A stretch of DNA of 64,000 nt from Ramazzottius varieornatus (Eukaryota; Animalia; Tardigrada): positions 273,620 to 337,619 of the forward strand of contig BDGG01000004.1 in assembly GCA_001949185.1 (NCBI GenBank), in the 5' to 3' direction. Shown one piece after another: positions 56,757 to 64,000 of the stretch (within the stretch, counting starts at the first letter, position 1; each line of letters begins with the position of its first letter). The position numbers and the translations under genes are program-made. The notes below the pieces were generated by a model. It worked only from the letters and a program-made list of their open reading frames with translations, was not told the DNA's origin and searched no databases.

Positions 56757-59545
56757 ATGCTAAGAGATCTCTTCCCTGTACTGAGTCCGACAATTTCACT
56801 ATTCTTTATCACTCTGGCGCAAGCACAGGAGCAGTATGGAGCGGGTCTGGACGCTATTTTCGAACCCGGAAGTCCCATCGAAGCCAGGACGTTGAATTCA
56901 GACAAAAGTTTCTCCAGATGGCCGAAACGAAGCAGGATACCGTATGTCATCAATCCTCGATACAGTAAGTGGTTTCCATATCCTCTTATAGTTGGGTGTT
57001 TAAATGTTATTGCTGCTTTTGTGAGGTCCGATCGAAAGTTCGCTCATTCGCGCCGCCATAAACCAAATTATGGCTGATCTCAACTACTGGGTAACGTTTG
57101 CGGCTGTAAAGCTGGACAGTGCCGAATTCAAGATCCACATCACACCGCTAAGGGCCGACAAGTGGGTTTTGTGCTTGGTTTTATTGTGCTCCGGTTGAAG
57201 TGCATTGGCGTTGTTCTTTCTAATCGGTGTTTCCTCTTTGCAGCAAAACATTCGAATCCATGTGTTATTCCTTCCCCGGAATGTTATCCAGCGCACCCCG
57301 GATGGCGGCCAGTGGGATGACCGAACAGCGGCTGGTCATTGCTCGTGGTCCGACTGGCTGCTTAGACGGCACGTTGCATTCCATCATGAAAAACTTGATT
57401 GTTGTCCTCGGAAAGCGCAACGAACACCAACGTGGCGATCGTGATAAATTTATCGAAATTTATCCCGGAAATATCACCACGGGTACGGGTTGTATCTTTC
57501 TAACCTATTCGTCTAATTTCCAGACGTTCTACTACAGCTGGAACAATTGTTCAAAGCAGCAAATCGTTGTATCCTGTCTTTTCAGACGGACGCGCCAGTT
57601 ATCGAAAATACTCTCCGTCCGAAGCCAGCTGGCAGCTCTTCCCTTACGACTATTGCAGCATCACTCATCAGCAGCAAAGCGACCACGCCTTACCGGGCAC
57701 TGTAGCCTTCTCGGTACTCGAACCTCCATACTTCATTCCGAAGCTAAATCGCCTGAGCGAGTACGACTGCCGGCTGATACTGATCCTCTATGGCGGCGAC
57801 CCTTCGGCATGCAGCAAACGTAAGGCAGTACTACGGTACCAAAACCTTCATAGACCAAAACCAAAACCCTCTTTCTGGTTTAGTGAACTGCTCGGCATTG
57901 GCCTTGCCCACAAAACCGGAACCAAAACCAGCCGCAATGCTCGTTTTGTCCACAACGGCATCTACCGCTGTGCCATCTACCACGACTACGGCGTTTTTAG
58001 AAGACGATGCAACGGTCTCCGGAATGGAAATACCCAATGCTGGTCCGGCTTTCGAACAGCCGTCCGTTATAGCACAACCTACACCTCAAACTGCACTAGT
58101 CAGTTCGACCATCGGGTCATCGCCGAACCGTCAGAGTGCGAAGCTTCCCGGGACAGTGAACCCCACAGTAACTCACGGCAATGGCATAACGACAGTCTGT
58201 TACCATTTCCCGTCATTCAGCACAAGCGCCGGTGTCCCAGGTGGTAGTGAGGTAAATATCGCAGACTCTACTGGGAACCGTCTCGGACCGAACGCTGCCT
58301 CGTCTGTACCTTCGACTACCGAAGCGACCTCGGCGCCGTCTACAGCGAGGAAGTCAACTGCAGCGCCATCTACGACGCGGAGGTCAACCGCTAAACTGAC
58401 CACTACACCCACTACCACCACAACCGCAACCACGACCATCACTACCACGACAACAGAACCAACAACGACAGAAACAACGAAAACTACCACGACAGAGATT
58501 GAGACTACACCAGAACCGACGACCGAAGTAACGGCGGAAGCAACACCGGAAACTCCCAGTTCCACTGTAGAGACCATTGGACTTCGACAGCAGGCCATTT
58601 CGGTTGAGTGCGCGGGTGTAAACTTTTGTTCGACGAAAGTGGACCAAGTTAGCATGTACATGGACGGCGAAACCTCCATCTTGTTTTCCGGTAACTGCTG
58701 ATTCTCTCCTCGAATATCGTGGAAATTCTACACCCTAACGTGATTTTCCGCCACAGGGAACTGCACACAGCGCATTGACAAAAAGTTTACCCTACTGGGT
58801 AGTCCGAAACCCATTCACGAAGCACTCCCCCACAAAAACATTTTCGCGCCTCTGAAAGCCGTTTGGACTGATTTACAAGATGGCAGATACCGTCTCCATG
58901 TCATAGACAGAGTAAGCCGAACTTAGTACTTCAAGCGTCGGTCAAGCTGAAGGTTTCTATGGTTGTTTGCAGAATGGTATTCAAAGAGGTTGCTCAATGG
59001 ACAACTGTGAACGCGAAGTCAACATGATGTCCATTGCTTTCCCAACTCGCTCTGTTTTCGCCGTCCAGGCTGGTCAAACCTCGATTTTTCGAATGTTCTC
59101 CGTCAATGGTAAGGTTTGTCTTAGCAGAAGATTACTGCTTTGCTGCTCAACTGTTCAGTACTTCCTCGTAGAGAAAGGAACTGGGGTGAGGGACCTTGCG
59201 AAGCCGACAGCTTCCATTCCCATCGATCACATTAACGGTAACCAAGCTTCTTCGCGACTCGCTAGAATATCCGGTGGCTGGATGTACTATGGTCAAGATG
59301 GGGAGGGAACTGTCAGCCTCATAGGTCTGGACAAGGATGGTACCCAGTACGTTGGTGACGTTGTGGTTGATCTCACGAGAGTACCGGCCTACTTCACAGT
59401 AAGTCGTTCGACAACATGCCTTAGACATACATTGTCACAGTCTCATGACGTCAGACTGGAGAACTCGTTCGATACTTTTGCTCGTCTTTCAGCTCAAATC
59501 AAATTCGGCTGCAGTCCCTCTGTCCAACTTGCTCCATCCTTGTGA
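56757..59545 (+). CDS. Secreted astacin-like pseudoprotease + Thr-rich mucin stalk + hemopexin-like C-terminal region, multi-exon
   Basis: Signal peptide, RWP...IPYVI, CYSFPG, MKNLIVVLGKRNEHQRGDRDKFI (in place of HExxHxxGxxHEHxRxDRD), PYDYCSITH, RLSEYD, a T-rich tract at 58300-58580 and CSTKVDQVSMYMDGETSILFSG...PKPI. Confidence 0.8.
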
Positions 59546-61493
59546 CTAATTACAGTGACTGTCGGATCTACAGCACGCGGTCACGAAACCACGTGAGCTC
59601 CTGGCTTACGTACACGGTTTGACAACTATTATTGTTATGGGCTGCTGGAAGTAGTTACAGAATAGCTTAGTATAATCCCTGACTGAAATCTACAAAGAAA
59701 GCGAGATCTTTTTCTTCAACAATAAAAGCAGATTGAGGTTAGGGTTTCATTCAGACTCTCATTTTCCGGAACACCGGTATGACTCGCGGTCGCATGATCG
59801 TGCATCATATTATGCTAAAAATTCATTTTGTTCGCGCAGTACGTACACGTACGTGACGATGCAGCTTCATAGGTCGTTGAGCAGGCAGTAAAGCCGGACC
59901 CGGGCTGTACTTCACGCGTACGATGACAAAGTCCGCGGACCCGGCGAATGTTTTCAGTATATCTTTCCAATCTGTTCGTTCTTCGGCCGGGTCTATCGCA
60001 CGAACGTGACATCCACATTTAAGGGGAGGTTATCGTGTATTTTGGCCCTCTCGCCAAACACAATTAGATACGGGAGATTAGGAAAATGTTTTCCGTGCAA
60101 ACACTGTTCCATATAATGAAGTAATGGTCATACTGCCGTGTATTAATGCGCGCAACGCAGGTAGACGCCATACTGCGCTGCTGTGGATCCATGAACACGA
60201 TTTTGGTTTTTCGGTGCTCTATCTCGACTCGTGCGCTTAGTCAGGAGTCACTCAGCACAAAAGTTATAGGTAGCGTCGTTACCTTAAAGACCTGCCTTAA
60301 CAACGTTACCGTAACAACCTTACCGTAACAACCTTGCCGAAAAAGTGATAGTTTTTCAACTGGCGACCTGCAATATTGATCGAGCAGTGTTGGGAATGAC
60401 AGGATAAAACGAATTTGGAAGGCTGTTTCTCGATAACCGTAGTCAACCTCGGTTTCCAAAACTAACTCCTTATGAATACAACTGTTTTGATTCGGAAAAC
60501 AATTTTTGATGAATTTTTTCTTCATCTGACTATATTGAACGGAATTTCGACTGTGGCCGGGTTGCATGTTCAGCATGACGCTTCAAAGTTTGATTACTTT
60601 ACGAGCCGGACAGAAAAATAAGGGCTTGACCAGTCAACTTCCACCCTGTGCCTGCGGTAAATCTTTACACTGCATGGGTTCAGCCTTGGTCAATGGTCCA
60701 TTGTCGAATGCTCCATCTGAGCCGCCTTTCCCTTGAACACACTTCTTGCGTTGAACAATTGGCTGCACGAGGAAGAACTAAATCGAAAGGAAAGTGTTCT
60801 AAAATATACTAGATGAAATTGTGCGTCGTGTAGCATTAGCAGAAAACTTCAACAGATTTTTGTTCAGGAGTAAGCCGACCTGAAGTCCAAAAATTTGACC
60901 GTTCAAAGCTTCCCTTGCTTTCGGAGTGGTCCATTCTTTCGCGCGTAAGTGTTTCGGGGGGATTCCGATCTCAACGAAACTTTCCAGCAACGTTCTCAGG
61001 AGACATGCCTATGTGTGTATAAAATTTAGCAACAAAACCATAAGAAAAGAAGTTTTTGTGGTGCGTGAAAAATGATTCAGTCAATTGGAACAACCTGTAT
61101 ACCGGCTTCACGGCCTTCATATGACTTGCCGATAGGGTGACGTGAGGTACATGTGCTTAGCCGGTGAGTCACCGCTGACTGACGGCAACGTTCACGGCGG
61201 AACTCAACAGAGCGTTCGCCATAAGCTCACTAAGCTAACGGTTTTGTGGAGCTGTGCGGTCTCCAGTCAGCCTTCTTACCCGATGCGCTGCGCATTACAG
61301 TGCACACACCGCGTTCTTCTCATAGGGCGCGCGCTAAGCCCGCTCCCATTTCACAAAGCGTTCGGAAGTGCTCGCGGACTACCTTTTCGTATAGCTATCA
61401 ATATGATTTGGCCACTGACCTGTATCGAGTCGAGCGAAAGAGCGTGCCGACTGACAAGTCAGCTCCCACATGACTTGCATCCTCGGTCACTAG

Positions 61494-62280
61494 AGAGGTT
61501 GATACGGAACTCAAGCAGCGCAAGAAATCCGAGTAGCGTAAGACTTTGGCCCCACCCATTCCTTACTCTAATCAGCTGAGGTTGAGACCCGCTACGCGAT
61601 TCAGCCGATTAGCGTACCTTCTCCCGAAGGTTTTGCAGAACCTTCACCAATTTTCGCAATTAATGAGTTTTTGGTAAGATGCGATGTCAAATCACACGAA
61701 GTTTCCTGTTTTGATACAGCAACGAAAAAGGTGATTCCCAGTTCCGACTGCTTAAAGCTCAAGTGAATCTTGATACGAAAAGCAGCAGTTGAAGGCAAAA
61801 TAAAATCAAGTAAGGGGCAAAAGCCACAGTTGAAGTTGCAGTCTCATCGAATTTTGAAAAGCCACAGTTACACCCACAGTTACACCGACAGTCAAACTGA
61901 GATTTTCGTTGTTTTCTAGGTTGACAAAGTCACAGTCAAGCGTGCGGTCGTTGCTACAGTTTGACGAATATTTAATAACCGACGCTAAACCCTGAAAGAT
62001 GCAGTTAGAGGAACAGTTGGCACCTCGGTGGGACGTCTTGAAAGCAAATCTGAGGTTTTGAAAAACTTTTGGGAAGAAATACCCACGAAAAAGCTTAGTT
62101 GGACCGTTAGTCGGATTTCTTACGCACTCGAGTAACAGCTCATATGCCTTACTCGGGAACTAAGCACCGAGCACATTAGTGGGTTCAGTCGGTTCGGCTC
62201 CGCCCACGTGCTCCCTTTCAATTGGCTCATCCCTACGATAATCCGACTTTTTGCTCTGCTCGAGCGCCGTATCAGCCTCT
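61494..62280. mobile_element. Old foldback/MITE-like element
   Basis: Degenerate 49-bp inverted repeat (61494-61542 vs 62232-62280, about 38/49 identical) enclosing an array of (C)ACAGT(T/C) motifs at about 61825-61960. Confidence 0.45.
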
Positions 62281-62522
62281 GGACTCTGCTCGAAAGATGA
62301 CAGAGAGGCTGGTTCCGGGATGACCCAACCAACTGAATAAATTTATATCTCGAAAACTGTAAAGCTCAAGTCAATTATGGTGGCCAACATACAGACACAT
62401 ATGGACACATTGAACTATATCCCTAGACGGTTTTTGTTGGGGTTGGGAATGATCTCGCCTGAAGAAACTCGACTGATAACGTCTCTGAACCGTCATGGGA
62501 CAGCCGGAAGATCTACCACCTA

Positions 62523-63200
62523 ATGAGTAATCTCGTGGCCTTGATTCCAAACATGCTGGTAAATGTACTGTTCTTCAAATCCCCGGCAACCAGAACGTCG
62601 TTCAACATTTTCCTGGTTAACCTCTGCATTTCGAACTTGATATTCTGCTACATCTTGTACGTCGTGAATGCAGTCGTTTTCCGCTACCTGATTTACTTAG
62701 GCGGCGCCTCACGGAGCAACTGCCCATTGTTTGTGGGCTGTGACGTGGCCAAACTCACACCGGCACTCTCCTGTGACCGGCAAGTCCTTCCGATCCGCAA
62801 TCATTTGCGTGGTAATGCGAATATATTACTGTGCTACTGTACGTCAACTGTGGGATCAATCCCGGCATCGTTATAGACGCGTTCCGTACACGAAGATCGC
62901 CATTCATGGAGGCACGTCACTACGCCAGAATAGCAAACATTCCATCTTACCCTCTTATCAGTACACGCACGACCAGAAATTATGGACCAGTAAAAATTAT
63001 GGGCCAGGTCTTTTCGCTGCGGTGGTATGGAAGAACGCATGTACGCGACTGATTCGAACTGATACACTTGTAGACTCTTTTGTACGTTCGAATTTCTGAG
63101 TTTTCATCTTGTGTGTACACTTGTTGTTTTCGGCTTTCTTATGGTAATAACCATGTGTATTGTATACCCTTTTATCATGTACAGCGTGGTAAAGAAAGCT
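62523..63200 (+). pseudogene. Rhodopsin-like 7TM GPCR remnant (frameshifted)
   Basis: TM1/TM2-like PNMLVNVLFF...RTSFNIFLVNLCISNL, post-TM3 WAVTWPNSHR and TM4 AIICVVM...PGIVIDA, each in a different frame. Confidence 0.55.
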
Positions 63201-64000
63201 CCGTCCCAAGCCGTGCAGGTCAACACCTCGATTCCCGGTAGGAACCGGCCATTCAAGCCCCACGTTGCCTGCGCCAACTGAAAACCCTCTCATACATACG
63301 CGGATCCAGTTTACTTCCTGCGGACAACATACTGTACGAGGTAAACGACATAATTCTGCCGCACCTATTTTTGGGACGTAATTCTGACGACGTGAAATGT
63401 CTGAGCATTATCGTCAACGCTTGATTCATTTTTCATCGTACGCCTGTTGATACAGATTTAGGCTTTTTAACATTAGACCGTCCCCTCTTCCTCCCAACAG
63501 CAGTTTTTTCGACCCGAAACTTCATCTCATCCTAAAACCTATCCAGTGCTCTGGGAGATAAATTTCTCTACCTCGGTAACGGAAACCCGAGCGAGGTGGT
63601 ACAGTGAACTTAGAAGTAACCCGTCATAATTACGTCTCAAAAACGGGTACGGCAGAATTATGTCGTTTACCTAGTACTGCGAAGTTGCGCAGGTTTTCTG
63701 ACCCTATCCCTGCTGATCGTCATTATAGTGGTTTCGTTGCTACCTGTCCGGATTTTCAACACGCTGGCTGCGTTTGGCGTATACGTCCATATACTTCATT
63801 GCTGACACGCTGCACTCTTTGAGCCCCATTTTCGGTCCGCTCTCTTGCTTGCTGAGCGTCAGTAGCTTTCGCGGTGCCGTCAGACGTGCTGTTTGAATCT
63901 AACTGCGGTATCTAAAACAGATATTGAAATGATTCTCGTTTCCGCAACGTGAAGGAAAGAAGCGAAGAAAGCACGGTCCTCCCAAGCCGGACCCGGCCTC

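Noticed and set aside
58200-58679. Val-rich hydrophobic minus-strand ORF
   Set aside because: It is the reverse complement of the Thr-rich (ACN codon) mucin tract.
60270-60335. Short repeats GTTACCGTAACAACC as a CRISPR-like array
   Set aside because: Only 2-3 short adjacent units, no spacers, and a eukaryotic context. It is a simple local duplication.

Overview
Eukaryotic (metazoan) DNA that is gene-dense with short GT-AG introns. The compact architecture and a rhodopsin-like GPCR remnant of a type I associate with tardigrades suggest a tardigrade such as Ramazzottius or Hypsibius; this is inference, not verified. Host genes that can be reconstructed from splice signals: a 7-Ig VEGFR/Pvr receptor tyrosine kinase, a tandem-chromodomain gene, a cluster of Ly6/uPAR (three-finger) genes and pseudogenes, alpha-N-acetylgalactosaminidase (GH27) with an unusual C-terminal membrane anchor, CYB5D1, an SLC16 transporter, cereblon, POLR1C, TMEM165, a FRAS1/FREM-like matrix protein and a catalytically dead astacin-mucin-hemopexin-like protein. 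Mobile DNA: a DD37D (maT) Tc1/mariner element inserted into the codon for the first aromatic-cage Tyr of the chromodomain gene, a decayed CACTA/EnSpm-type transposase flanked by a RING-chromodomain pseudogene and a divergent accessory gene, a hAT transposase relic, several MITEs, and a dispersed intronic palindrome family (AAGTGGCGCAC...GTGCGCCACTT). Two 50-N assembly gaps (13218-13267, 17124-17173) limit interpretation. No rRNA, tRNA or CRISPR features were recognised. Exon boundaries were read by eye.
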